A model generated the notes under the pieces. It saw only the letters and a program-made list of their open reading frames with translations, was not told the DNA's origin and ran no database searches. From an uncultured Verrucomicrobiae bacterium (GTDB lineage: Bacteria > Verrucomicrobiota > Verrucomicrobiia > Chthoniobacterales > UBA10450), in assembly GCA_963756875.1 (NCBI GenBank), contig CAVWPA010000003.1, positions 1,344,001 to 1,408,000 on the forward strand: a stretch of 64,000 nt of DNA, in the 5' to 3' direction. The stretch's first letter is position 1; every line of letters starts with the position of its first letter. Below, in pieces: positions 19,919 through 29,149 of the stretch. The translations under genes were made by a program, and so were the position numbers.

Positions 19919-20934
19919 ATGCGGAGAGGTTTCCAGAACCAGTGGGCTTTCATGAGGCTGGATTGCGGGCGTCAGATCGCGCGGTTGATCGTTGCGACGC
20001 TCATGCTGGTCGGCTGTTGCGTTTCAGTTTTCGCGCAAACGAACGACTGGCCATTCCCCGCACAATCTCCCGCTGGATCGCTGCCGTTCGCCAGGCCTGC
20101 GTCCTCTTCGCTTGCAAATTCAACCCCGCCACCGCGCGGCGCGACCATGCGCCAGGAGAGATGGGATCAACTTTCGAACAGGGAGATCAGTTATGTGGGC
20201 AGTCAGGCGCTGGCCATGAATCCGCGGAGCTGGTATCACGGCGAGACCGAGGATTTTATCATTCACTACCGCAATTTCAGCGACGCGCTCGAGATCGCTC
20301 GCGAGATTGAATTCGACCTCTGGTACGTCGCGAAAACCCTGGGCGCGACGAAGGAACAATACGCGCGCAAATCGCACGTTTACGTTTTTCAGGACGACAG
20401 GGAGTGGCAGGTATTTGTTAAACAAGCGCGGCACCAGGAGACATGGGCGCACAGCTTCGCGCTCGGCGATGAACTTTTCTTGAATGTCCACGGGACCGGG
20501 CAGGGGTTTGAATCGCACACCCTGGCGCACGAGACCACCACGCAGTAGTCGCACGCATCTATGGCAACCGCCACTGGCCGGTCTGGTTGAGCGAAGGTTT
20601 CGCCGATTATATGGCGGACGCTTGTGGCGCGGTCCGGCGCGGACTATCGCCGGGCGCGAATCCGCGAAATCTCCGCAACGCCACGATGAACTTGACGGAG
20701 CTGATCGCGGTCTCGCGTTATCCCACGGACGTGGCGAGCGTCACGCGACTCTACGACAGCGGGACGAAGTTTGTTCGGTACCTGTTCGCTAAATACCCGG
20801 CGGAGCTATTTCCAAAATTTGTCGATCGTCTCCTTGATGGCACTTCCCCAGAGGTCGCGCTGACGGAGGTCTACGGCGACGAGTTTCGCGATCCCACTGC
20901 ATTCGACAAACGATTTCAAAGTTTAATCCGCTAA
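19919..20934 (+). CDS. Secreted zincin (peptidase MA-like) protein, frameshifted near 20540
   Basis: W.HGETEDFIIHY; LAHETTH restored across the shift, followed by WLSEGFADY; paralog at 58932-59855. Confidence 0.7.
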
Positions 20935-20956
20935 CTGGCGCGTAACGAGCGCCTCC

Positions 20957-21013
20957 ATCGGTTTTTCGTTTCGAGCGACACGGGCTTCTCTAGTGAAAAG
21001 CTGAAAACTGAAA
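20957..21013. repeat. ~57 bp direct repeat, copy 2
   Basis: Matches 19646-19703. Confidence 0.75.
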
Positions 21014-21052
21014 TAACCTGAGATCTAGGCCGGGATTCGGAAGGCGGTTCCC

Positions 21053-21274
21053 TCAGCTCAGGAAGAGCGAACGTGCCAGTCCACTTTGGTCGATAATGCT
21101 CTTCAACGTGCCGCGTCGAATCTCGGAGTGATTTGGCACTATGACAGTTCGCCCGCCGTCTGCCGTTTGCTTGCGCATGACGATGTGACCGCCGGATTGC
21201 CGCGACTTCACAAATCCGTGCTCCTGCAGGAGCTGGCAAACCTCGCGCGCCGAGAGGACGCGAAGTTTAGGCAT
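21053..21274 (-). CDS. hicA: HicA family toxin
   Basis: L..HGF...RQSGGHIVM...VIVPNHSEIRRGTLKSIIDQSG. Confidence 0.92.
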   Translation of the reverse strand: MPKLRVLSAREVCQLLQEHGFVKSRQSGGHIVMRKQTADGGRTVIVPNHSEIRRGTLKSIIDQSGLARSLFLS

Positions 21275-21491
21275 GTGCCGGTTCGAGCGAAGTCACCTTT
21301 ACGCCCCGATTGAGCCGCCGCTTGATTTCTTCTTCGTCAGCATCCTCGAGCAGGAGCTCAACCGCTTCTTTGATCATTTTTTCCGCCTCTTCAATCGTCC
21401 GGCCCTGACTGGCAACGCCGAGCTCCGGACACGTGGCTACGAACCAATCCTCTTCGCGCTCAATCACGGCAGTCAGCTTCGGCAGCTTCAC
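21267..21491 (-). CDS. hicB: HicB family antitoxin (short form)
   Basis: VIEREEDWFVATCPELGVASQGRTIEEAEKMIKEAVEL; overlaps hicA by 8 nt. Confidence 0.92.
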   Translation of the reverse strand: MKLPKLTAVIEREEDWFVATCPELGVASQGRTIEEAEKMIKEAVELLLEDADEEEIKRRLNRGVKVTSLEPAHA

Positions 21492-21831
21492 GAGAACAAC
21501 CTACCAAAGTTGCGTTCCGTCGCAAACGGTCTGCCAGGTCGGAGGTCGGAGGTCCCGCCGTCGCTAAAGCTATGGCGTGGCATGCAGAGGTCAGAAAGGG
21601 AAGTTGCGATGCGTAGCAGAGTTTCAATTTCCAGCTCAGCGGCTTTGCGTCTTGCGAGAGACTTTCTGGAAGAGTTTTTCCACGCAAGGCCGCGGAGGAG
21701 ATGGGCACAGGTCGGAAACCGTCCCGGCGGCGGAGAATCCGAAATGTCTTGACCGGGAGGTTCGCCCTGTTCAGACCAGCGATGTAACGCGGCGAAACCG
21801 CGACACAAAAAAACGAGAGAGAACAAACATT

Positions 21832-22275
21832 ATGAAAATCATCCAAAGAATTGGGATTCTGTCTGTTGCCTTCTGCCTAACGGTTGCGTTGGCCCAGGCG
21901 GCAGGAAGGCCGATGCGGCCGGACGCAACTCTCCAGCTTCGCAGCGGCGCGGTCGCCGCCGGCATCGGTATCAGCTGGGGCAAGGGTATCCTTACCTATA
22001 AAGGCAGGGAGTATCCCGTCTCCGTCAGCGGCTTATCGTTAGGCAAGGTCGGGATCACCAGGGTCACGGCTTCAGGCGACGTTTATAACCTGAAGAGGCT
22101 TCGGGATTTTTCAGGCAATTACACCTCAGCCAACGCCGATATCACCCTGGCTGGCGGTCACTCGGCCGTCGTCATGAGGAATCAGAACGGTGTGCAGGTG
22201 GTCGTGCGCGCGACGTCGAGGGGTGTTGATCTGACGATCGGTACCTCAGGGGTCGACATGAAGCTCAAGAGATAG
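21832..22275 (+). CDS. Secreted EipA/DUF1134-like protein
   Basis: Signal peptide; GIGISWGKG.L, G.VYNL....DFSGNY, MRNQNGV. Confidence 0.65.
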   Translation: MKIIQRIGILSVAFCLTVALAQAAGRPMRPDATLQLRSGAVAAGIGISWGKGILTYKGREYPVSVSGLSLGKVGITRVTASGDVYNLKRLRDFSGNYTSANADITLAGGHSAVVMRNQNGVQVVVRATSRGVDLTIGTSGVDMKLKR

Positions 22276-22431
22276 CGAATCGAAAGGGGCGGCCGCCTCG
22301 TGACGAGGCGGCTTCCTTCGGCAGCGGCCTGTTTTTGGCCGACTGGGGCCGGGCCGGATTTTGTTTCCTGCGGAAAGCGTCGGGGAAACCAATGGGGGTA
22401 AAAAGAGTGAAAAAAGTGTTTGCCTTCGGCG

Positions 22432-22457
22432 TAGTGTTGTAGTTAAGTAATACACTA
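22432..22457. promoter_or_regulatory. Probable YtrA/GntR operator
   Basis: TAGTGT-N14-ACACTA inverted repeat in an AT-rich stretch upstream of the GntR gene. Confidence 0.65.
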
Positions 22458-22531
22458 TATGAGACCGGAGGACGGAAAAACAGACGGCAACAGGACGCCG
22501 TCCCTGCGGCTGAGGTGGGCCAGGACACAGA

Positions 22532-22918
22532 ATGGATAATGAATGGAACGATAGTCAGCCGATTTATCGACAACTGCGGGATCGTGTCGTCGCTATGATT
22601 CTCGACGGCATTCTCAATGAAGGCGATCCGCTGCCGTCGGTGCGCAATGTCGCGGCCGAGTATCGGGTCAATCCGCTGACCGTTCTCAAGGGGTATCAGC
22701 AACTGGTCGATGAGCGGCTCGTCGAGACGCGGCGAGGTCTCGGCATGTTCGTCAATGCCGGCGCGCGCGATCGACTGCTAAAGGGCGAACGCGGAAAATT
22801 TCTGGCCGAAGAGTGGCCGCGGGTGGCCGCTACAATTCAGCGGCTCGGGTTGACACAGAAAGAACTCGAAAACGCCGCAAATCGGCGGGTGGCCAAATCT
22901 GGAAAGGAAAAGAGATGA
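22532..22918 (+). CDS. GntR family regulator (YtrA subfamily)
   Basis: PIYRQL, LPSVR, VNPLTVLKGY, RRGLGMFV; short C-terminus; precedes an ABC transporter. Confidence 0.92.
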   Translation: MDNEWNDSQPIYRQLRDRVVAMILDGILNEGDPLPSVRNVAAEYRVNPLTVLKGYQQLVDERLVETRRGLGMFVNAGARDRLLKGERGKFLAEEWPRVAATIQRLGLTQKELENAANRRVAKSGKEKR

Positions 22919-22948
22919 CGCAGATGAGTTCCAGCCGAACGGCCGAAA

Positions 22949-23018
22949 TTGTAGGGCAAGCAGTCGCCGCGGCGACCTTGCCCGTTTGGAGGCGGCAGGC
23001 GGAGCGCCCGCCCTACAA
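22949..23018. repeat. REP doublet (GTAGGGC family)
   Basis: TTGTAGGGCAAG...GCCCTACAA inverted ends; similar at 54656-54716 and a half copy at 58719-58742. Confidence 0.75.
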
Positions 23019-23057
23019 TCAAGAATGGCAAGCGAGCCGAGGAGGAGCGTTAAAACC

Positions 23058-23987
23058 ATGGCAACGATAGAAGCACGCGGGCTCCGCAAAACGTTCGGAA
23101 CGACGGTCGCGCTGGACGGCGTCGATTTGCGCGTGGAAGAGGGCCGCATTCTTGGAATCATCGGGCCGAATGGCGCCGGCAAGACGACCGCGCTCAACGC
23201 GGTTCTCGGCCTCACGTCATATGAGGGGACATTATCGGTGCTGGGACGCGATCCGTGGAGCGCGCGCGAGGTTCTCATGCGCGATGTCTCGTTCATTGCC
23301 GATGTCGCAGTGTTGCCGCGCTGGATCCGGGTTACGCAATTGCTCGATTACGTCGCCGGTGTGCATCCGCGATTCGATCGCGCGAAAGCGGAGGGTTTTT
23401 TGGCCAGGACCGCGATCAAGCGCACCAGCAAGGTCAGGCAGTTATCGAAAGGCATGGTGGCCCAGCTGCATCTCGCCGTGGTCATGGCGATCGATGCGAA
23501 ATTACTGGTCCTGGACGAGCCGACACTTGGGTTGGACATCCTGTTTCGCAAGCAGTTCTACGATTCGTTGTTGAACGATTATTTCGACAAGACCCGCACC
23601 ATCGTGGTGACGACGCATCAGGTGGAAGAGATCCAGGATGTGCTGACCGATCTTATGTTCATCGACCTCGGCCGGATTGTGCTCGAGTGCAGCATGGAAG
23701 AGTTCGATGCGCGCTATGTCGAAGTAATGGTGCACCCGGACCATGTGACCGGAGCGCGGTCGCTCAAGCCGATGCATGAACGCCAGGTGTTCGGGCGCAG
23801 TGTGATGCTGTTCGAGAATGTCGATCGTGGCCAGCTCGCCGCGCTTGGCGAAGTGCGGAGGCCGAGCATTGCGGACTTGTTCGTCGCGGTGATGGGCAGG
23901 GGCGGCGGTGCCGTCCCAGAAGTCGGAAGTCGGACATCGGAGATCAAGCATCCGGAATCCAGGATCAAGGATCACGTAAATGAATAG
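23058..23987 (+). CDS. ABC transporter ATP-binding protein
   Basis: GPNGAGKT, LSKGM, LLVLDEPT; GGAGGAG RBS before ATG 23058. Confidence 0.93.
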   Translation: MATIEARGLRKTFGTTVALDGVDLRVEEGRILGIIGPNGAGKTTALNAVLGLTSYEGTLSVLGRDPWSAREVLMRDVSFIADVAVLPRWIRVTQLLDYVAGVHPRFDRAKAEGFLARTAIKRTSKVRQLSKGMVAQLHLAVVMAIDAKLLVLDEPTLGLDILFRKQFYDSLLNDYFDKTRTIVVTTHQVEEIQDVLTDLMFIDLGRIVLECSMEEFDARYVEVMVHPDHVTGARSLKPMHERQVFGRSVMLFENVDRGQLAALGEVRRPSIADLFVAVMGRGGGAVPEVGSRTSEIKHPESRIKDHVNE

Positions 23988-24909
23988 TCTATCGAACACA
24001 GTTGAGGCGACGCCCGGAGCAGGGCCGGGGTCAGCGACCCCGGCGACAACAAAGCCGTTCTACTGGTCGGTGTGGCGGGAGCTATGGGAGAACCGCTCTA
24101 TATATATAGCGCCGCTAATCGTGGCTGCCGTCCAGGTGTTCGGTTTCGCGATAAGCACGATTGGCCTGGCGGATCGCAGACGCGCGGTGTTGCTCCTTGA
24201 CCCGGCAAAACAGCGAGCCGTCATCGAGCAGCCATACGATTTGGCAGCGATGATGATGCTCTTCACGGTGTTCGTCGTCGGCATTTTCTACTGTCTGGAT
24301 GCATTGCACGGCGAACGTCGGGATCGCAGCGTGCTGTTCTGGAAATCGCTGCCGGTCTCGGATCTCACCACGGTACTCTCCAAGGTCACGATCCCGCTGG
24401 TCGTTCTGCCGTTGATCGCCTTTGCGATGGTGGTGTGCGTGCACGTGATCATGCTGTTCGAAACCGGCGTGGTCCTCGTCGTCCACGGTATGAGCCCTGC
24501 CACCACCTGGGCCCATTTTCCCGTGATCGAAAACTGGGTGGTCCTGCTCTACGGACTGGTCGTGCTCGCGCTCTGGCACGCGCCGATCTACGGCTGGTTG
24601 TTGCTGATCTCTGGCTGGGTGCGGCGAGCAACCTTTCTCTGGGCGGTGTTGCCGTTCATCGCGCTCCAAATCTTCGAGAAGATCACCTTTGGCACGAGCT
24701 ATGTCGGGAAGATGCTGACCCATCGGTTGGTAGGATTCGCGCCGCACGCGTTCGGCTTTCACGGCGGGGGCCACCCCACGATCGATTCGCTATCACAACT
24801 CACCGTCGGGCGATACCTGAGCAGTCCGGGTCTTTGGATTGGGCTCATCGTCGCCGCGGCATTCATCGCCGCCGCTGTTCGGTTGCGCCGTTATCGAGGT
24901 CCGCTCTAA
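23980..24909 (+). CDS. ABC transporter permease
   Basis: Multiple TM helices, ERRDRSVLFWKSLPVSD motif. Confidence 0.88.
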   Translation: MNSLSNTVEATPGAGPGSATPATTKPFYWSVWRELWENRSIYIAPLIVAAVQVFGFAISTIGLADRRRAVLLLDPAKQRAVIEQPYDLAAMMMLFTVFVVGIFYCLDALHGERRDRSVLFWKSLPVSDLTTVLSKVTIPLVVLPLIAFAMVVCVHVIMLFETGVVLVVHGMSPATTWAHFPVIENWVVLLYGLVVLALWHAPIYGWLLLISGWVRRATFLWAVLPFIALQIFEKITFGTSYVGKMLTHRLVGFAPHAFGFHGGGHPTIDSLSQLTVGRYLSSPGLWIGLIVAAAFIAAAVRLRRYRGPL

Positions 24910-24948
24910 TCGATTTAGAAAATCCGAAATCCTGAAAATCTGAAACAT

Positions 24949-25668
24949 ATGCATCCCACTGACAAGGCAGCGCGCGTTGCCGGCTTCGTATATCTATCAA
25001 TGGTCCTGACCGGCCCGTTAAGCCTGATCTACATTCCGGGCAAGCTGATCGTTCGCGGAAATGCGACCGCCACGGCAACGAACATTCTAAGCCACGAAAG
25101 CATGTTTCGGCTATGGATTATCGGCGACCTTTGGACGTCGGTAATTTTCATTTGCCTGGGCATCTCGCTTTACCATTTGCTAAGCAGCGTAAGCAGGCCC
25201 TGGGCGCTGCTGATGCTCAGCTTGGTCCTCGTTTCCGCTACTGTCGGTTTTCTGGATACGCTGAACAATATTGCCGCCGGTCTTCTGTTTCGGGGCGCGG
25301 ACTTCTTGAGCGTTATCGATAAGGCGCAACGCGACGCGCTGGGCATGCTCTTTATCCGATTGCACAGCCAGGGAACGTTTATCAATGAACTCTTTTGGGG
25401 CCTCTGGCTATTTCCATTCGGTCTGCTCGTCTTTCGCTCAGGATTTCTGCCGCGGTTCATCGGTGTCTGGTTGATGATCAATTGCGGCGCTTATCTCGTC
25501 CTGAGCCCGACCGCCTTATTTGCGCCGGCCTATTATGGGACTGCGTTTCGCTACGCGACGCCGATCCTGTTCGGTGAAATGGCGATCATGCTCTGGCTTT
25601 TGATCAAGGGCGCGAAGGTGCCGTTGCAAAGCAAACGCCCAACGCTCAATGCACAAGCCTCGGTTTGA
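24949..25668 (+). CDS. DUF4386 family membrane protein
   Basis: ARVAGFVYL, FWGLWLFPFGLLVFRSGFLPR, GE....LWLLIKG. Confidence 0.8.
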   Translation: MHPTDKAARVAGFVYLSMVLTGPLSLIYIPGKLIVRGNATATATNILSHESMFRLWIIGDLWTSVIFICLGISLYHLLSSVSRPWALLMLSLVLVSATVGFLDTLNNIAAGLLFRGADFLSVIDKAQRDALGMLFIRLHSQGTFINELFWGLWLFPFGLLVFRSGFLPRFIGVWLMINCGAYLVLSPTALFAPAYYGTAFRYATPILFGEMAIMLWLLIKGAKVPLQSKRPTLNAQASV

Positions 25669-25748
25669 AATTTCGATGTTTAGCGTTCGTTGTTCGACCT
25701 TGAATGTTTTCCTTTTTGCCTCGTTAGGTTATAGAGTCCTTGTTCATT

Positions 25749-27410
25749 ATGAAAATACACCCACAAACCCTGATCACTGCATTTTGCATGGCTGCGTTTT
25801 TGTTCGGCGAAGCAGCGCTGGCCCAGGAAACGAGTCCGGAGTCATCGACCCCGGCTATAACTGGATCGCCAGCCCCGGCCGTAACAGAGTCACCGACCCC
25901 GGCTACAGCAGAGTCGCCCGGGGCTACGAAGCTGGGGCAGGGAATGGGACCGGGGTCATCGACCTCGGTTACAGCTACGACCGGTGGGCGAATGAAAGCG
26001 ATTGTTTATCATAACTTTGGTTCGCCTGATGTCCTTCGGCTTGAAGAGGTCCCAAAGCCCGTTCCGAACGACGATCAAGTCCTGGTGAAAGTTCGCGCGG
26101 CTGCCATCAATCCGCTCGACTGGCATTTCATGGAAGGCTCGCCGTACATCGCACGCCTGTTAGGGTTTGGATTGCTCAAGCCAAAGGAGACACGACTCGG
26201 CGTTGATTACGCTGGGACCGTTGAAGCAGTCGGCAAAAATGTAACGCGGTTCAAACCGGGCGACGATGTGTTCGGCGGGAGAGACGGAGCCCTGGCCGAG
26301 TACGTGTGTGCTCTTGCTGATAAGGGAATCGTGCTGAAACCGGCCAGCGTAACGTTTGAGCAGGCGGCTTCCGTGCCTATCGCGGGAGTCACCGCACTGC
26401 AGGGTCTTCGCGACAAGGGACGCGTCAAGCCAGGAGACAAAGTTCTCATCAACGGTGCGTCCGGAGGCGTGGGAACGTTTGCGGTGCAGATCGCCAAGTC
26501 GTTCGACGCGGATGTAACCGGCGTGTGCAGCACGCGGCATCTGGACCTGGTGCGATCACTCGGCGCGGATCGCGTGATTGATTACACGAAAGAAGATTTC
26601 ACCAAAAGCGGGCAGCGTTACGACGTGATTATCGACAATGTTGGGAACCGTTCGTTGCTGGAATACAGACGCGTCTTAAAGCCCAACGGCAGATACGTCT
26701 TGATCGGAGGTGGAGGAGTTAACGACGGGCGATGGATCGGGCCGTTGGCTAATCCAATCAAGATGCTCGTCTTAGCACCGTTCGTGAGCCAGCAGATGGG
26801 CATGATGATGGCGGTAATCGACAAGAAGGACCTTGCGATTCTCGGCGATCTCATGCAGAGCGGAAAAGTGACGCCGGTCATCGACAAGACTTATCCGTTG
26901 AGTCAGACCGCTGAAGCGATGCGATATCTGGAGAAAGGCCACGCTTCAGGAAAAGTGATCATCACGATGTCAGAGACAAACGCACCTTCGCCGGTGAGCA
27001 CCGAACTCGCAGCGAGCTCCGCGAACACGACTGCGCCCGGTCTCGTTGCCTTTGTTCTCATCGGCGTCATTCTTGGTGTGACCATTGTGCCGATTATCAT
27101 CGCGTTCGTTCTCAATCGGCGCTTTCGGCAGCGTAATCCCGGAAATAGGGGGTACCGATGGGGTTACTATTTTAGTATTATGTCGTTTATCGGCGGAATT
27201 GTCCTTGGCAACTTCCTTGGATATGGCGTCGGGGCAGTGATCGTCTGTGGCGTCATTTACGCAATCCCGGCATGGTTCTTCGCGCAGCGTCACCACTGGG
27301 CCTGGATCGCGCTCACGATTTTGAGCTTCAACCCGGCCGCGTGGATTATTAATTCCATTTACCTTTGGAAGCGGTGGGGGGAGAAACCGGTGGCTACGGC
27401 AACGGCCTAA
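25749..27410 (+). CDS. NAD(P)-dependent MDR oxidoreductase with signal peptide, low-complexity linker and C-terminal TM domain
   Basis: MKAIVY..FGSPDVL, AINPLDW, GVDYAGTV, INGASGGVG, GKVII; extra N- and C-terminal regions in frame. Confidence 0.85.
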   Translation: MKIHPQTLITAFCMAAFLFGEAALAQETSPESSTPAITGSPAPAVTESPTPATAESPGATKLGQGMGPGSSTSVTATTGGRMKAIVYHNFGSPDVLRLEEVPKPVPNDDQVLVKVRAAAINPLDWHFMEGSPYIARLLGFGLLKPKETRLGVDYAGTVEAVGKNVTRFKPGDDVFGGRDGALAEYVCALADKGIVLKPASVTFEQAASVPIAGVTALQGLRDKGRVKPGDKVLINGASGGVGTFAVQIAKSFDADVTGVCSTRHLDLVRSLGADRVIDYTKEDFTKSGQRYDVIIDNVGNRSLLEYRRVLKPNGRYVLIGGGGVNDGRWIGPLANPIKMLVLAPFVSQQMGMMMAVIDKKDLAILGDLMQSGKVTPVIDKTYPLSQTAEAMRYLEKGHASGKVIITMSETNAPSPVSTELAASSANTTAPGLVAFVLIGVILGVTIVPIIIAFVLNRRFRQRNPGNRGYRWGYYFSIMSFIGGIVLGNFLGYGVGAVIVCGVIYAIPAWFFAQRHHWAWIALTILSFNPAAWIINSIYLWKRWGEKPVATATA

Positions 27411-27630
27411 CCGAAGGACTTGCAGAAAACGTCCAGCGCTCAACGCCGAACGTTCGACGTCGAATGCAGAAAGCCGGTTCGCTCGATCTCTTCGAGAAGT
27501 TTTTGTCGCCGCAGCGGCGTTGCTCGTCGGTCAAAGATCCATGAAGGATATTCTTCCTCCTCGCGCCTTGCTGCCGCACCAAATCTCCAGCAACGCACCC
27601 GTTCCCTATTTATGAGATGGGTTATAGTGA

Positions 27631-27670
27631 AAAAGAAAAAGGGACACGCGATGCATGTCCCTTCTCTTTG
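27631..27670 (-). terminator. Probable intrinsic terminator
   Basis: GGGACA...TGTCCC stem flanked by A/T runs, downstream of the minus-strand small genes. Confidence 0.55.
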
Positions 27671-27685
27671 TTAAACTCGAGATGC

Positions 27686-27841
27686 CTAGTTGTGAGTGGT
27701 GGAGTGTGTCGTAGTCGTGCTGCTTGTTGGTGTCTCCGTCGTTGTCGACGTGCTCGTCGTAGGCTTTTCTGACGCACACGAGCTCAGCCACATTATGGCT
27801 GAAAGCAGGAGCAGTGAAGTAACGATGATAGGTCTTTTCAT
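27686..27841 (-). CDS. Small Thr/Ser-rich lipoprotein (51 aa, below track cutoff)
   Basis: MKRPIIVTSLLLLSAIMWLSSC-ASEKPTTSTSTTTET...; lipobox LSSC. Confidence 0.65.
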   Translation of the reverse strand: MKRPIIVTSLLLLSAIMWLSSCASEKPTTSTSTTTETPTSSTTTTHSTTHN

Positions 27842-27854
27842 GGTTCGTGAGGTC

Positions 27855-28229
27855 TTAATCGCGAGGTTCGGTCACGATCACTTTATCGACCACCATGTTG
27901 TCGCCTTCTCTTAAGTAGTGAACGCGCACGTTCGAATCTTTCCTGATTGACGAGGCTTCGATTACGCGTCCATCTGACGTCACATAGGTGACCGTTTTGC
28001 CGAACGTGTAGTGCAGCGGCTCAGTTGCTTCCGTTTTTAGAATCAGGGTTCGCCCCGGACTGTATTCCGTGACGATGCCTGCATTCTCGGTTGTTGTGGT
28101 TGTTGTGTTTGTGTCAGTCCTTCCATGTTTGTCCGTTGAAGTGGTGGACGAAGACGTGGTGGTTTGCCCGAACGCCATTGCACCCATAAGGGCGGTGGCG
28201 AACGTGACACTAAGGATTGCTTTAATCAT
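27855..28229 (-). CDS. Secreted Thr-rich hypothetical protein (OB-fold-like C-terminus)
   Basis: Signal peptide, poly-Thr tract, G.VTEYSPG...VRVHY...VVDKVIV. Confidence 0.7.
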   Translation of the reverse strand: MIKAILSVTFATALMGAMAFGQTTTSSSTTSTDKHGRTDTNTTTTTTENAGIVTEYSPGRTLILKTEATEPLHYTFGKTVTYVTSDGRVIEASSIRKDSNVRVHYLREGDNMVVDKVIVTEPRD

Positions 28230-28732
28230 AAGACTTAACTTTCTAACTACTAAGTTGCTGCAGTGATCGCAGCTAAAGGCCATCTGGTTCGTACTTCCGA
28301 TGTAAATCGGCGGGCCAGGTAGGTAAATGGATGCGGCAGTAGCTGTAAATACGGCGTTTGCACCTATCCGCCAATACTTCGTAAGCTAGGCGTGATACTT
28401 CTTAAGCATGAAGGCAGGCGTATCTGGTCGATGCAAATCGGGGCTACGTCACAGATCAGCGTGAAGATCCGGATTGGTGACTGGCCCCATTCTGGCAAAC
28501 TCATGGCAGGCATCTGCCGCCGCCGATGATGCGATTGACAAGTCGCCCAACTGGGTCTATAGAGAGGTCCATTCGCCGCGGCGAATGGTCGTCAGATCCG
28601 CGCGTCCCCCCGAAGGTTAGCGCGCCGGGGCTGTTCCGAAACCGAACTAAAAGCTGCTTCCTGCGGCCTTCGGCGTCGAGAATGGCGTGCTCCGCCCGAA
28701 AATCAGCAACATCGGAGCAATACTGGAACATC

Positions 28733-29149
28733 ATGAAACTATTTTGCACAGTCATACTTTTATTGTCGTTGGGTCTCTCCGCGTTCGCGCGCGGGGAGTC
28801 GGTCCTTGCCCGCGTGACCAGTTACTGGGCGAGCGAGGGCTCTAAATTTGCCAGTACCGGGCGACGATTACGCCCAGGGCACTGCGCAGTCGATCCGAAA
28901 CGAATTCCGTACGGCAGTAAAGTTATTTTTCCCGACGCAGTCTGTACCGCGGTCGACACGGGAACGGCAGTCGTTAGTCGCAAAGCTGCTCGTCTGTGCG
29001 GACGAACTGCGAGTCAGCTCAAGGCAATCGTGGTCGATCGATTTTTTGAGACGAAACGAGAAGCGGACGCTTGGTCAAATGCGCATCCGGAATTCATGAT
29101 ACTTCGAGTTGTTCCACCCGGATCTCGCGTGGAATCGACCGATCCGTAG
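28733..29149 (+). CDS. Secreted 3D-domain (MltA/RlpA-like) protein
   Basis: ARVTSYW, CAVDPKRIPYGS, AVDTG, VVDRFF (three conserved Asp). Confidence 0.8.
   Translation: MKLFCTVILLLSLGLSAFARGESVLARVTSYWASEGSKFASTGRRLRPGHCAVDPKRIPYGSKVIFPDAVCTAVDTGTAVVSRKAARLCGRTASQLKAIVVDRFFETKREADAWSNAHPEFMILRVVPPGSRVESTDP

Noticed and set aside
29014..29149. Functional 136 nt tail-to-tail overlap of desaturase and 3D-domain genes
   Set aside because: Desaturase similarity appears to end near 29200; the extension is plausibly a lost stop in an indel-prone sequence
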